Made by a program: the position numbers and the translations under genes. A stretch of 64,000 nt of DNA from positions 4,650,001-4,714,000 of the forward strand of contig OZ176050.1 of NCBI GenBank assembly GCA_964247055.1, given 5' to 3'. Below are positions 40,565 through 56,300 of this stretch, one piece after another (positions within the stretch are counted from its first letter, which is position 1; the number at the start of each line of letters is the position of its first letter). The stretch is from Paragordius varius. Its lineage: Eukaryota > Animalia > Nematomorpha. The notes beneath the pieces were generated by a model. That model was not told the origin of the DNA and did not search any database. It was given only the letters and a program-made list of their open reading frames with translations.

Positions 40565-43500
40565 TTAGCCATTTTTGTCATTATCATCATCGCTATAAAG
40601 GACAGTGTTGGTGTGCCGTTTTTTCCTTTTGGCATCAGAACCGATGGCGGGAGATATTAAATAATTTTTGGTGGAAATTATTAACTGTTTTTTCGCCGAA
40701 ACCTTATTATTAACAATACTATTAATGTTTGTTATGGTTTTCAAAGGCGTTTTCGTCAAGGTAACAATGTTGTTATCCAATAATGTTTCATTATTTTCTA
40801 TCAACTCAACACAATTCATTTCAAACGTAATATTTTTCATATCTTTGCGATGTTGATTAGCATTCAATGATGATACAACATCCCTATTAGATGGTAGTTC
40901 AGTTTCAGAAATATTATTATCATTTTGAAAATCACCATAGCAATTTTCGAAGCTTGATTTGTCTCTGGTTGGTTTTATACCATTTAGGGACAAATTTTTC
41001 GATTTAAATGGATTTGTTGGTGTGTGATTTTGCTGATCGGTCATGTTATTATCATCAACCTCATTATATTTTAAGGCTGTGCGGGAATGTCTGTGCAAAG
41101 GAGTTGGTTTCGTATCTAAGCGTTTCTTTCCAGATGATCTAACGTTAAGTGGTGTTCTCATCTCTAAAATTTTCTGGCAAAAATATTAGTAAAATTAATA
41201 AATAAATGAAGATTAATTTAGCAATTGTAAATTGGTATTTTTTTAAAAAATAAATTAGTATATTGATACCATCTAAATGCAAGGCTTAATATTAGAGATG
41301 AAAACTATGATAAAAAACCATTACCTATTCAGCAACTTTTAATAATAATAATCATATTATTATTCAATAACTGACTACACATATAATAACTTTCAATTAC
41401 TAAAAAGTAGATTAGTTGATAAATCAAAGAAGTGAGATATTTACCACAATATCGACGAGTCAAAAAACTAATTATTAATTGGATAATTTATAGTTATAGC
41501 AGTTTATATACTTAGGACATGAAGTCTGTTAGAAAATGTGAAAAACAGTAATAAATCAATTATATTCTGACAATATATGTGTGATTTTTCAAGACTTATT
41601 AAATATTACATGAGTAGCGTTCGTTTAAAAAAATCTAACGTATTATATATATATATATATTTTAACGTATACTCCTTAATTTCGAAATTAGAGCAAAAAA
41701 CTCATAAATATTTAACATTATCCAGTTGTGATATTATATAAAAAGTGATTGATAAAACACTTTAATTAGGATAAGTACGAATGTAAGTAGAAATTAGTAT
41801 AAACAAATAGACTGAAAAAGATCAAACAAAATTTAGTTGACGAAATGTACGATTAAATTGATTAAACCAGTCAAAATGTAATATAATCTCGCTTACATTT
41901 GCTATTTTGAAGATTTATTTCTATTTTTTATTAGATTAAAAGTTAAGATATTTGATGATGGATCATATATATAAATATCCTTATACAGGGATGACCAACA
42001 CATATATCTTCGCGGGTTGCTTTGATAATAATTGTTTAATTATTTATTTTAAGTTCAATTTTGGATTATATATCATCTAAATAATCGTAAAATTTGGATT
42101 GAAATCCATTTTATAAACATTTTTAGACCTCTTTTGCGTACCGCAAAAAAGCGTGTTGGACATTCATCTCCTAATAAATGCTCAAAACACCTTTTTACAT
42201 TTAAAGCAGTTTTTCTAATTATTTATATTTTTCATGAAAAAGGATAAGAATAAATTTACTTCTTTTGGGGCCCAGTCCACATTTAACAAAACGTCTTTTG
42301 TACCCAATGATTGTCCTACGAAAACGAATAAGTAACAAAAACTATTTTACAAAGCCAATTTAAATAATAAAATTTTTAACAATACAATAAAATTGAAACA
42401 AAAATAACCATTTTGTAATGATTTCTCAGTTTCTTTGATTTTTGAGGCAGGCTTTTTCTTACTGACTGAAAGGAGTCGTTTAGCTTGTTCGCTCAACATC
42501 TCCATATCACCCAAATGTTGGTTTATTTCCGCAATCTTTTGCCTGAATTCATCGACGCTGGCCTAAAATATTATTTGCATAATTTGGTCATTGATTATAA
42601 AACTAGGGTTGGATTGGATAATAGAATATTATTAAAATAATATAACTATGAGTGGGATTTTTCAAAAATAGCTGGTCAAAAAATAACGTATTACACTGTG
42701 TGCAAAAAAGAGAATTAATTTTTTTCAGGAGATAGCTTATGACCAGCCAATCCATTTGCCGCAAAAATTTTATTTGTTGACGACCTAGTTTTTGAAATAT
42801 TGAGAGAAAATTAAAATTGAGCAAAAAGTAAAAATAAAGGATAATTAAATATATAATGATAAAACTTGAGATATTATGGTTTATAATCATTATTGCAGAT
42901 ATTTACAATTTAATAACCCAAAATCATGGTTTTTATTTCAAATCAAATGAGGGAGTTTTTCTTTTATCAAACTTAAAAGACAAAAATTTATGTATTTTAT
43001 TGGTAAAAAATATATCAAAATAAACTAAAATAATATTTATTTTTATGTCATCTGGCTTATGGTATAAAAAATTTACTGTTTTATTTTGGAGTCATACATA
43101 ATTGAAAATTATAAACTATATAAATAATGCAAAATGGATATAAAGTAGTGAGTGTATCAAGCGAAAATTCATACAAATCTTTGTAACAGGTTTGTTTTAT
43201 TACAAATTAATATTTTTACTGGGATCTGTTGGGATTTTCGGTTGATTTTCCACTTGTAAATTTTATTTTGAATTAATTTATATACTTTATAATTTGTGCT
43301 CATATGAAATTCCAAAATAAAACAGTAAATTTATGTTTGATACACTCATAAACCAGATGACAATAAAATGAAAAGTAAATAACAATATTTTTTAGTTTTA
43401 TTTTGATATATAAATTTTTTACTGAATAAAATATATATGTTAGGATTAATATAGTTTCATTAATTTTTTTATGTCTTTTAAAATCGAAAAACGCCATCTT

Positions 43501-44685
43501 TTGATCTGATTTATAAAAACGCTAACTATATGATTTTAGGCTAATTATAAATTGTAAGTATCTGCTAAAATGATAATAAACCATAATATTCTATTTTCAT
43601 TTTTTTTTTAATTATTATATTTTCAATTTTGCCCAATTTTAATTTCTTCTCAACAAAAACTAGATCGTCAACAAATAAAAATTTTGCGGAAAATAAATTC
43701 GCTGGTCATGAGGTATCTCATGAAAAAAAATTTTTTTGGCACACATTGTTATAAATATAAAATGGAATAAAATTATATTTATGCAGAGATTGTAACATCT
43801 CAACCTTTTCCGCAAATTTTCAATTAATTTTTTGTTTGGTTTGCATATATTTTTTCATTTATGGTAATATGTGACCACTTATATATTAGATTATTACTTT
43901 TTGACCGGTCATCAAAAATGTAATATATATTGTAACTTAACTATAACTAAAATACTTTAATATAATTTACTTTTATTTCAGATTTTTCCGTTTTACATTG
44001 ATCAATTATTTCGCTAAACAGGCAGTCATAAAACTCAGGAATGGCCAATTTGCTTTGATAATTTGGTAATTCTTCCATAAGCTTTTTCAGTGAACGATCC
44101 GAATGAGGTAGGAATGCAATGCATTTCAACAATTTTATGGCCTGAGCACTAAAAACAAATTTAGAAATTATTTATATAAACAACATTGCTAAGTAAAATA
44201 AATATCAAATTTGTTTAATACTGTTCAATAAATGACCCTATATATAATCCATAAAATCGAAAAAAAAATCAAGATATATATAACATTTTCTTGATTACAA
44301 TTGGGGGTTACATATCAATTTTTTTTCTATTTTTAATCCAAAGATGTATATATTTTGTTAAACCATCACAAATAAAATATGAAAAATCCCAAAGTTATGA
44401 GAACTTTACCAAATATAATATATATTAATTATGCTGCATATGCATATAAAAAGGTGTGGTTATTATTAATAGGAATAATTATATTATATCCATGTAACCT
44501 TGAATAAGTGCTAGAAATACGTTGACACATTTTCTCAATAATTCCTTCGACCTGTTTGTCCTTTTGTATGTATCCACATAAAAATCTATCCATTAAAATT
44601 TACTTATGATATATATATATGAAAAAACTAATTAAAAGTGCAAAAAAAAACAAAAAAAAGTTGTAAACTATAGGATTAATCTATG

Positions 44686-44720
<35 letters not shown>

Positions 44721-46729
44721 TTAATCTCATATCTATTTATGATACCGTTAGATAAAAGTCACAGATAGGTAATATATATGCAAAAAAACAGATTATATCA
44801 TAAGACTTACTTGGCAATCGTACTAAATTGTTCTAAATCATCGATTGCAATATTATCATTGCCATTATGCTTTAGTTGTTCTGAGGAATCGGAATTGTTA
44901 CCATTTATTGATTTAAGGGAAAGTTTACCAACTATGTCTGGCAAAGCATTGTAAATGGAGTTTCCCTAAAGAAAGAAATAATTTTCCACGTTTTAAATTA
45001 CTGTTTGAAATAGCAATAAAAAAAATATTTGTATAATGTAATTGCTATGGATTATTACTTATATTGCATTTGGTCGCAACAAAGTTAAATACGGAAGAGA
45101 CCAAATATTAAAATAAAGATAAACATATATTTGTATTTTTATTAATTTTGTTCCTAATAAAATGCAAAATGATTTGGGTTATAAATTTTATCGATATAAA
45201 AGTTAACGTTAAAATTGATGTTAATATTTTATATTTATTCTCTATATTTAATCCATTTTAAACTTTTTGAAAAGATATAATAACAGAATCATACTTTAAG
45301 CGACAGATTTTCAAAAAATTGTCGGGCAATGTGCTTTATAGCTTCATCGGGATCAATAATTCGCTTTGCTACTTCACACAACTGTTCTTTAGCTATTATC
45401 ATATCTCGGCTTATAAGGTGAGACACAATTTTGAGTGTCACCATACGTATGTATGCATTTGAATCAGATAATCTATTATTGGGCAAATAATTGTATAAAG
45501 ACATAAATAATTATGTATTACCTATTTTTATGACAAATTCATATGAATCTTATTATTCTCTATGCTTCCTAATCACCTCAAAATAATCGAAATATCAATA
45601 GAATTTTATACTAAAAATGATTTTGTGATACGTACACGTGTTTAAACGTTGGAAACCTTAATCATATTTACCATTAGATTTTATGTGTAATAAATTTAAT
45701 AAAAACTATCTCGTTACATATTTGTAATTTTAAAAGTTTTTATTAAAATGAATTTTTTATGGGAAAGTAGTTATTTGTAAACTTCTAAAAGTTTTTTTAC
45801 CTTTGATACAAATACGGTATCCATGGTTCAACAAGCGTTGGAAAACGTACGATTAAATCTCCAATCCCAACCAAAATCGTTATTTTGGATTCAAGATTAT
45901 TATTATTGCTTGTAGGAGTATTTTCATTATTGTTTATTAACGTGTTTGCAGTTGAAACATTGTTATTATTAATGGTATTAATGGTTTGGTTAAGAGATGG
46001 TGTGTTACTACTCAGTATAGTGACTATTAAAGGCATATACTGTTCACATAGTTTTGAGCTATATTATAATGGAATTATTAATATCATCAAACGTTATTAG
46101 TACTAATTTTCAAACTTTTGGAGAAAAATTTTTGCGAAAAAAGTGATTCCGGTTTTATTGATATTATTCAAACACACATATTTATTTGGCTAAAATATAA
46201 ATAAATAGCCAAAAATATAAACAAAACTGCAATATTATGTGTTGTCTATTTCTCAAAATCTAACTTTATATTTCAACTGAATATAAAACAATTAGGTTAA
46301 AAAATGAAAATAAATTTTTTAAAGCCTTTGCGCAGCTCTGTGAACTGTTCCAAAACCTTTTTTCGGTTACAAGGTAATGGTTCCTATTGTTTTAAACTTT
46401 ATTATATCGTTAAAATGTAATATATTTGTGCTTTACATTGGTTATATTTTTCACTAGTAAAATTATGCTTTAATTATATTGAAATTTAGGAGGAAACGGA
46501 TCATCTATTTATATTAAAATCAAAACTTCATTAATATAGACACAGTATCTAAAATTAACCTGACAATCATAAATTTGACGAGAGCATTAATGGAAGCGTT
46601 TCTCATCTTTGGGTCAGGAAACTTGACGGGGCTTTTAACAATTTGTTCAATGAGTCTCAAAAATGGTTTAAGGAGAGATTTTTCATCTAACAAATGTATA
46701 ATTACAGAGCATCCACAAAAAATAGACTG

Positions 46730-46784
<55 letters not shown>

Positions 46785-48621
46785 TGATAGGAAAATGCAT
46801 CAGGATTATCATGGTGCTTTTGGTTTTGGCCCTTACTAGTGATCTAAGAAAGTTATTTACACTTTTGTGGTGTGTGCTTCATATCAGAAAATGGCAACAT
46901 TTGTGCACATTTTTTTGAATAAAAATTTTTTAGCGAAAAATCTTCATTTAAAAATCTCACTAAAATATATTATAAACTACATATAAAAAGCAGAACAATA
47001 TTTTCAAAATTTTTGAGTGTGAACTCCAAAAGTGACAAATTTTTTTCCTCCTCTAAAATGGGGGTCCTCTTAAAATACCGGGAAGCGATAAATTTTTTGA
47101 ATAAACGCTAAATTTAATAACAAAAAAATTTTTTTTAAAAATGTATACTTTTTACAAAAATTCAATTTTAGGCAAAATTTTTCAAGCGTACTTCAAGTAT
47201 TTGGAGGCATGATGGAAACGGTATAAAAACGTTTTAAGACATATTAAAAACATTTTTTCAATATATTTTGATGGTGCTAAAGATTTATATTACCTCAGAA
47301 TTTTAATCAAACATTCGTATTCAAATTTATATTAAATAAGAATTGTGTTTTACTAAAATGCAATATTTTTAGGAAGACGAACATTAAAATTTTCTGAAGC
47401 GATATAAATGTTCAGCATCATTGGGTATAGAAAAAATGTTTTATCTTAAAGCGTTTTTAAACCGTTTTCATCTTAACTCAAAAACGTATGAAGTAAACTT
47501 CAACAAAATTTTGAATTAAAATTAAAAGTAGCATAAATATATTTTTAGTCTATATTAAAATTTAGCATTAATTTTTTTATCGCGCAACACCGGTATCTTT
47601 GCATTTATTTTAAAAGGACACCCATTTTAGAAAAGCAAAAAAATTTGGGACTTTTGGAGCCCACATCTAAAAATTATTTTTTTTGAAAATATTGTTTTGC
47701 TTTTAATATGTTTATGATATATTTTAGTGATGTTTTTGGAATAAGGCATTTAGCTTTTACAAAAAAAATTTATTCATATAAATGTGCGAAAATCCCATTT
47801 TCTGATATGGAGCACTCACCATAGAAATGTAGATAACTTTCTCATATCACTCGTAAGGGCCAAACCAAGCATCATGATAATCCTGATACATATTCCTCTC
47901 AAATAAATATTTCATCAAGTTATTTCTTATACCCCCCGATTTAGGACACAGTGTTATTGACTAGTCCCATTATTTAATCTAATCTATGTTGGAAAGTGTT
48001 TGTATTGTCATATTTACTAAAATTAAAAACCAAGTTAAATCATTTGAAACCTTATAAATTTCTGGAAACATATAAATATGTCAAAAACCATCGAAAAGTA
48101 TTTTAACGGAAACAATGTATAAACCCTTTGATTGCGTCGAAGATTAAGCCCTTTTTATAATAGCTCCACACAATTTAGCCCCATTTAGCGTGAAAATAGG
48201 AGCTTTAAAGGGTTAGATCTGACCGATTATTATTTGATTAATGACCCTGATTACTCAACAAATTACTTAAAAAACTTCCATATGTTAAACATGTGCATTT
48301 TTGAGCGGTAAGACAGGTTATTATTTTTGACCGGTAAAAACGCAGTTATATCTTACAAAAATAAGCTTTATTCTTTATTTTAGTAACATAAAATTTAAAA
48401 CAAAAATTGGAAAAATTTATCCGTTAGATATTGAAAAACTTGTATTTATACTTTCAAATAGTTCTTTTTCACAGACTATCCGTGCAAATTCAATGTGATC
48501 AGAGTCATCAGTTTCCCCAATCGGACCTGTAGCTAAACATAATTCGTCTTCGTCGTCGGTATCTACATTCACGTTGATTCGAATCGGAGTTTGATTGATT
48601 TTAGGATTAGTTTTGACCTTT

Positions 48622-48672
<51 letters not shown>

Positions 48673-51600
48673 AAAACTGATGTTATACGGACAGAAGGTA
48701 AATATGTATAGACAAATATTTTTTTTATAAAAGACAACCATACTCTTTAAATCTTGATTTTTTCAAATATACATTGTTTAAAATGGCAAAGTGTGAATAG
48801 ATATATATCACTAACACAATATATTCTATAATTTACGATTGTAACTAAATAGCTTTTATAGAAAAGTTTAAGGTTTATTAAGTATGGCTGTCTTTTAGAT
48901 AAAAATATTTGTCTATTTATTTTTACGTTTTTTCTGTATAATTTCAATTTTAAGTTAGAAAATATGCGCCGTAAGGGTAACAAACCCGCAACTGGGTATT
49001 GCACAACGCCGTATTTAACCTACTCGTATGGATATATATAAAAAAGAATCTAAAATTATGGTTGAATATTACTTTGTAAGACTATAATAAAAAAAACCAC
49101 CCTCACCTTATAATTTTTATTTATATAACAAATATTAAATTCAATAAAGTTGTTCAAGTAAAATGGTGAGCTTTGGTAAAATTGACTGTGAATTTTTTTT
49201 ATTGGTTTTCCAATAATAATTTTTCTTTTTAAACTATGAAAACTCCGTTTTTAGAATAATAGAAATGTGGCAATTAAAATATATAGTGATATGTGAAACC
49301 CTTATTTCAATTGCGTCATTAAATTATTCCTTAGCAATAAAAAACGGAACTTTAAAGATGCAACATTAATATTTTTCCTGTTAGTTTCTTAAAGAATAAG
49401 TTAGCAATACCCCACCTTGGACGGTTTGTTCATTAAGGCGTTTGGCTTTTAGGTATGGGAGCAAAGAATCATATAGGTAAGTTAAATGGTTTAATGCAAT
49501 TTCACCCACGCAAAAAAGTAATTTGGCTAAGCGTTCAGGCGTTACCATTGATTCTTGATTATCTGTAAATTTATTAATAATTATTCATCAAAATATTTTT
49601 GAATGGAATAAAACAAAATATTTTTTAATGGTAATCATATATCCCTTGATTTCTTTTAAACCATATAATTACATTACCATTACTTAATTTGCAACACAGA
49701 TAAGTCGTTAAATTAGGGTTAAAAATTAATATGGTTGTGTTAAATGACATTATGTCTATTTTTTGCGTTTGCTGTTATAATGTTAGTTTTTACTGTAAGA
49801 GTTTTAGAAAAATATTTTTACCAGAATAAAAAATGGTTAATTACTAGAAACAGGATCCGGCGGTGAAGAGGTGAAATATCTTGCCTTTATGTCGGTAATA
49901 AGACTGGCACACATAAGCTCAGGCGTTTCATGCAATAAATAAATCACTTGAATAATGGACTGGCTAGCAGGGCTCCAATCATGTTTTGCATCAAATTCTG
50001 ATTAGAATAAAAGGGAAATTTATAAGTTTTTTGTTTTTGATATTAAAAGTTATTAATATAGTATTTATACTTTTGATAATCATTGGAACTAATTGTTGAA
50101 AAATGATATGATTTGAGGGTAATCGTAATGCGGTTTGAGTTATACGACCTTCTCCAACCTATGCAATATAAAATGAATGATTAAATGCTTGTTCAAAATA
50201 CGATATATCGGATATCAGCAAAAGAACCAATTATATGCTATTAAACTATTAATTATAAAATTATGTTTTTCAATCTTTTTTGTGCAATATCATATTATTT
50301 GTTTCCCTGAATAAACCGTTCTCCACTTATATATGCCTAACTATAGTAAATGATATTTATGAATTTTAAAAATTAAATATTATGTAAAAAAATTTTGGTC
50401 CTCTATTTCCGGAAAAAATAGATTTTATAATTTTTATAACATCTCAAAAAACAAAAAAATTGAATTAATCAAAGTTAAGAGAACTTTTCTAACGCCAAAA
50501 TTCATTATAAGATTATAACCTTATATTCTTTCCGCAATTTAGCTAGAATGGTGGCTAATATTTTACAGCGTTTAAGGGTTGTTTGATCCAAAATTTCTAA
50601 ATGGTTTACACATTGTTCCTTATTAATATTGTTGTTATCTCCCTGAGCATTATTTTCTTTCGTTTCTAAGGAGGGATTATGATTAGTTTGATTTTGTAAG
50701 GGCAAAGGCAAATTGCAAGAATCTAGAGTTGCGGCTTTAATATAAATTTCCATATTATTCCAACAGAGAGAATTGTCTAGATTGGTGGAACCTACTTCCA
50801 ACATACGCGAAAGCTCTATATTATATATGTAAACAAGAAATATTAAAAAAACTCAATTATAAAAAAAGGTCATTTATGTTTATTAGGTACTGTATTCGAA
50901 CCTTTGAAAATTCGAGGATTAATAAATTTAAAAAATATGTGCTATTCCTAGGTGATACTGAATCAATTATATTGAAAAAATATTTATAGATCATCCATAA
51001 TGTAAATAATTCAATTCAAAAATATTTAATAGCAAACTAAACATTTTAAATGATATGAGAAACCGTCTATAGTAATTGTATAAAATTTTCATGTTTGTTA
51101 CCATTATCAATATAGACAAATTTTTAATTTACTGTTCACTTTGTGATGATGCAAAATAAAAACTAATTGGCCAAAAACAAATTACCTAAGAGTGCAATCA
51201 AAAGTTGACAACCCGAATATATTTGATTTTTCATTTGTTTTATTATATTGGCTTTCTCTTGCGCTAGATGCGGTTCTTGATTTGGTATATAACTCTGATT
51301 TGTATCCATGATAGGTTTATCATTATTCAAATTGATAGTTTGTAGGTTTAAGGCATTCTTTCGCAAAAACTTAGTGGTGTGTTTAATTTTTTGGATAAGA
51401 ATGTTTGGGAAATCTTCTGAAAACAACTCCAAACGTATGAATTCTTTGATCTATTAGTAATAGTTTATAATTAATATTGAATGGCAAGGTGAAATCTAAA
51501 AACAATAAAACAGTTAAGAAAAATAGTTATACCAAATCTTCGAAACAAACAACTCCATTTGCATCAAGTTTAGTTAGGAAGTTTAATAGTTTTTCTAAGA

Positions 51601-53280
51601 CTGCTTTTCCATTTTGTCTAATAGGTTTTTGGGAAAAAAATAGAAAAAAAATTAAATTTTCAAACAACAATTTTTGAAAGTATTTAATTTACAATAATTA
51701 AATTAAGTATTACATATTTTCCATGTCAGGCTTTCTTTTGGTTTGTATTGCAGTTGGCTTTTTTGTTATTTCTAAGTATATAAAATAATAAATACATTTC
51801 CAAGCATTATAAACAATTTTTCGAGGATTTCCCCATCATTGCTAATTCCTTAAGAGTGTTATGAAATAAAAAGGATGCCCAAAATTGGCTTTAAACATTT
51901 ACATACAATATATAAATACTAAAAAAGCAGTATATATATTTAATTAACTTAAACATAAATGTTTAAAAATTAGCCCTGAACAGATATTTTTGGATAACAT
52001 TTTAAAGAGTGTCAGGAAATAAAAAGCATATCCAAAATTGGCCTTAAACATTTACATATAATATAACAAAACTAAAAAAGCAGTGTATAATTAACTTTAA
52101 ACATAAATGTTTAAAAATTAGCGCTGAACATATATTTTTGTATGACATATTTAGAGGTACTTTTTTCTTTAGCATTTTTTGTTCGATGTGATTTTTTGTA
52201 ATTATTATCGTTTTCTTCAATTAATGTGTGTTCATCACTGTCCTCATCATTATCTACAAAAATGTTATTTTCCTCCATGTTATCAGTATCGGTATTCGTA
52301 GGCTTATTTTGATAACGGTCGTCGTTAATTGTTTCATTGAGGAAAAATATGTTGGCAAATGCATTAACTATGCGATTTCGAACGCCACTAAAACCAGCAT
52401 TACTTAATGCGTCTGTATTGGTTGAACCTATATATATATATATAACATAATAAAATTGTTGGATAATCCCATTTTAAAATTTAGAACATTTGTAAATTTT
52501 TAGGAATAAAGTGAGTAATGAAAGTAGAATGGAATTAAAATGAGATTGAAACCGGTTTTAACAAAATTTTGAATAATAGCCTAGTAAATTGAGTTAGCAT
52601 CCATTAAATACTAATTTTTTAGTAAAAGGTGTTTAAACCTTTTAGAATTTTAGATACCGAGGAATAAAACTTATAATTTCACGCGATTGTGTTATAAAAC
52701 CGCTTTTAATCCGAGTTATTTTTTTCAAAAACGGTTTTGTAAACTTACAAAAAAGAAATAACCGAAACTAGTATCGAATTTGGGCTCTAAAATCAAAGTT
52801 TGATATTTAAAAAGCATTGTAAATAATTCTTTAATACCTGCTGTAGAGGATGATGGAGTAGAGATGAGATGTTTGAGACATTGAATAATCCCATAGGTGG
52901 CAAGATTAGTGTCTGGACCCCCTACTCCATATTGATAGGCTGTAAAGAAAAAGTTAACCGCCTCGTTACAATCCGTGAGAGATCGACTAAATAACATGGC
53001 ATCAAGAACGGTGGGATAAACTTCGCGACAAATTGCATTTGCATGTTCCGAGTAAAACTGTCAAATTATATTTGAACATTTATAATAATTCATAGCGGCA
53101 AAGAATAAGATAGGATAAAATTGGCATGTTTCAAACTCAAAATGGAGTTCCGTTGTCAATTAAAAATTCTAAATGCGTTCGAAACATGTCATTTTATCCT
53201 ACCCTTGCTTTTAAAAATTAAATAAATTCATAGAATTATATTGGAATGATTAGGGGTAATCGCGTTAAATTGTGGGACGC

Positions 53281-53315
<35 letters not shown>

Positions 53316-56300
53316 GATTAGGTTTACTTTGCTAGTTTTTTTTATTAATTATTGCTAAAAGGATATTTATCAGAGAGCAAGCCTTATTATTAAATAGCAT
53401 TAGAAATCGAAAAAAAATAATTTCATGCCAATAATATTGATAATTGCTATACATACTATCTGGCAATGATTAATGAAAAACCTGCAATGTTACTTTACTC
53501 ATACTGTAATACTTGGATAAATTTAAACATCATTATAATTTATTAAAGAATTTTTTATTTAATTTTACATATCAAAACAATAAATAATCAACTGTAAATT
53601 TATCTCTCTATTTAATTTTTATATGGTATGGATGCTAACAATCTTTCATGAAAAAAATTTTACGCCAAAAAATAATTATTATGTTATAGCTCAGAGTTTA
53701 AATGGCTTTTATGTCAAAAGCGACATTGCATAAATTATCTAATAAACCAATTCCATCAGACAATAATTACTTTTAAAGTGTCGTAGTTTTTTAAATCTCT
53801 CCGGATAAGTTTTGCAAGTTTTGACAGTTCGTTGATAACTTCTCCTAAAAACAATGTAATTAAGTATAAATTGTCTCTCAAAATATATAAAACTTTAAAA
53901 ATAATATATCTATTAAATACTTGTTTTGGGGTCTAATTCAGATATATGAGTGCAATTTATATTATCGATGGTTTTGTTAAGACTTTCATCCATCGCATTT
54001 GATGACATAAGTTCATTCATAAACAATTTCAATTGCTCTAAAACCTTTATATATATGAAACAAAACAAAAGATAAAAAAATAAATTTACGGTAAAAATTA
54101 CATTATGTAGTCAAAAGGTAAAAAAATATTTTTACCGATCATTTTTTCAAATATACCTTTTGCGTCGCAAAATAGGAAATAGCCATGTAAGTTGTATAGT
54201 ACACTTCAATATATAATTTAATTTGTAAATAAATAGTTTACGTGAAAAAAACAAGGTTTTAAAAGGTTTAGTAAGGATGGCTTTTCAAAAAAATTGTCTT
54301 TTAGTTTTTCACGATTTGTCTGTATTATTAATAATTACAAAATCGCTTACCTCCTCAGCATTCTTTGGGTTAAAATTGGGTTTGGGTTTGTTAACTATTT
54401 TATCACTGCTTTCTGTATCTTGGTTACTCATTTTTTCTCCACTAATCTGGTTGCAATTTGGTTCATTATTGTGGATACCATTTTGCGCGGGACAATTATC
54501 GTCTTTTCCCCTATCATTAATGGCATCAACATTGTCCACCTGTTTATCCATGAGTGCAAGGGAGCTGTTTAAATTTTTCCCAATATTTTCCTCAAGGATT
54601 TTACATTGAGCCATTAATAAGGCCGGTGATGTCCCAATCAGTGCATTGGTTGAAAGAGTTCGGGTTAAAAATTGTAACGCATTTTTGCGTACATTGCTTG
54701 ACTTGTCATTGAGTTGAAGACGGGCCCGTGCAATAAAAATGGGTAACCATTTTTTGGGTATGGCTGATGAACACCCATTTTTAGGGTTATTATTTCTTGA
54801 ACCGACTACGGTATCATCATTATTATCATTCTCATTAGTGTTGGATTCTATTCATTATGGAAAGTGTTATGAAAAAAATATATTATAATATTTATTTTTA
54901 TGTTTGGTTTAATGGCATAGAAAAGAGTGATGTATAACCTCTTACTTTTTAGGCGGGTTTCACATATTTTTGATACCCTTTATGATACACAGATGATTGA
55001 AAGGCTAGCTTTTTAAAACACACAGTTTATACAAAATTGCTATTGTGTTTAGGAATTTATGTTTTGTAATTAGAAGTAACCACAATCAACCCAAAAAATA
55101 TTAATGCAAAAAACTTTCAAAATCGTAACCTTTGTAAAATATAGATAAAAGTTAAGTATAAAAATTTGGTATACGTTCAGAGGGCTCGACTATTGGATCC
55201 TGATCCGCTCCTATATTACCAGTTAATATTGTCGAAAGAATTTGAAATGCTTTGCTTCGGACAAATGCATTAACATCATGTGTGTGATCCTACGACATTA
55301 AAATAATATTAATGACATAAATAGATTATAGATGCAATATAAATAGCCTAAGTTAACATAATTTTTAGGACACTACTAACAAATGTTTTGTCCAACCTGG
55401 ATAAAATTCATATTTAGTTTTCTTTTTGTATCCGTCCAAAACTAAAAATTTTATAATATCTACTATTAATTGTATTTGTTGAATTTAATTATATAAATGA
55501 ACGACTTCATCGCATTTACATTTATTAAAAGTTAACAAAATGTAAAGATATATTCTACTAACCTTTAAAACGTGAAAAATAAACCATAAATCATAACATG
55601 AGAATATATGACACTATTACATTAAAAATGATAATCTTCCAAATACATTCAGAAATCATAATATTCATTAAATAAAACTAGAGATGATATCAATGGGTAT
55701 AAAAAAATTATACCAAAAGATATGTAAAATATTGATCTATAGTTGCGTTGCTTTTATTATCAATTTTAGCTGCATCATTTTCATTATTGTCCAAAGTTTT
55801 TGTTTCTTTAGATTTTAAATCATCATTTTCGGTGTTTTCATAGTCTTCGTCGTTCATTTCAATGGCATTTTGTTCGATTTGCTGAATATCAATACTATCA
55901 TGGATAATTATATTTCCCATAATGGTGAGTGCACCGATTCGGAGTGAATAGCTCTATATATATAGTTCAATCAATATATATTTCAAATTTTAATGTTCAT
56001 AATACAAGCCCATTTTGAAAAACAATCGTCAAACATTTGCGTATTAAGTAAGTGTAGCAAATTTATCAAAAAATTTTTTTGTTAAAACTACCGTTTCCAT
56101 AATTGGGGAAAATAATATAGTCATTTTTATGCATAATAAGTTTCAGCAAAAAACTTAAATATAATTTAAGTAAAAACTAACATTTCCATCCAAATATCGA
56201 ACCAATAAACTCATGTAAGGCAGGTATAAACGATAATTAATGTTACACATTTGAATCAGAAACGTTGAAAGAGACCGGAAAGGTGAGGAACCAACATCTT

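Noticed and set aside
46694-46918. Track ORFs containing IYIYIY runs (also 2235, 23592, 48417 N-terminal part)
   Set aside because: Translations of (TA)n microsatellites and intron or TE sequence.
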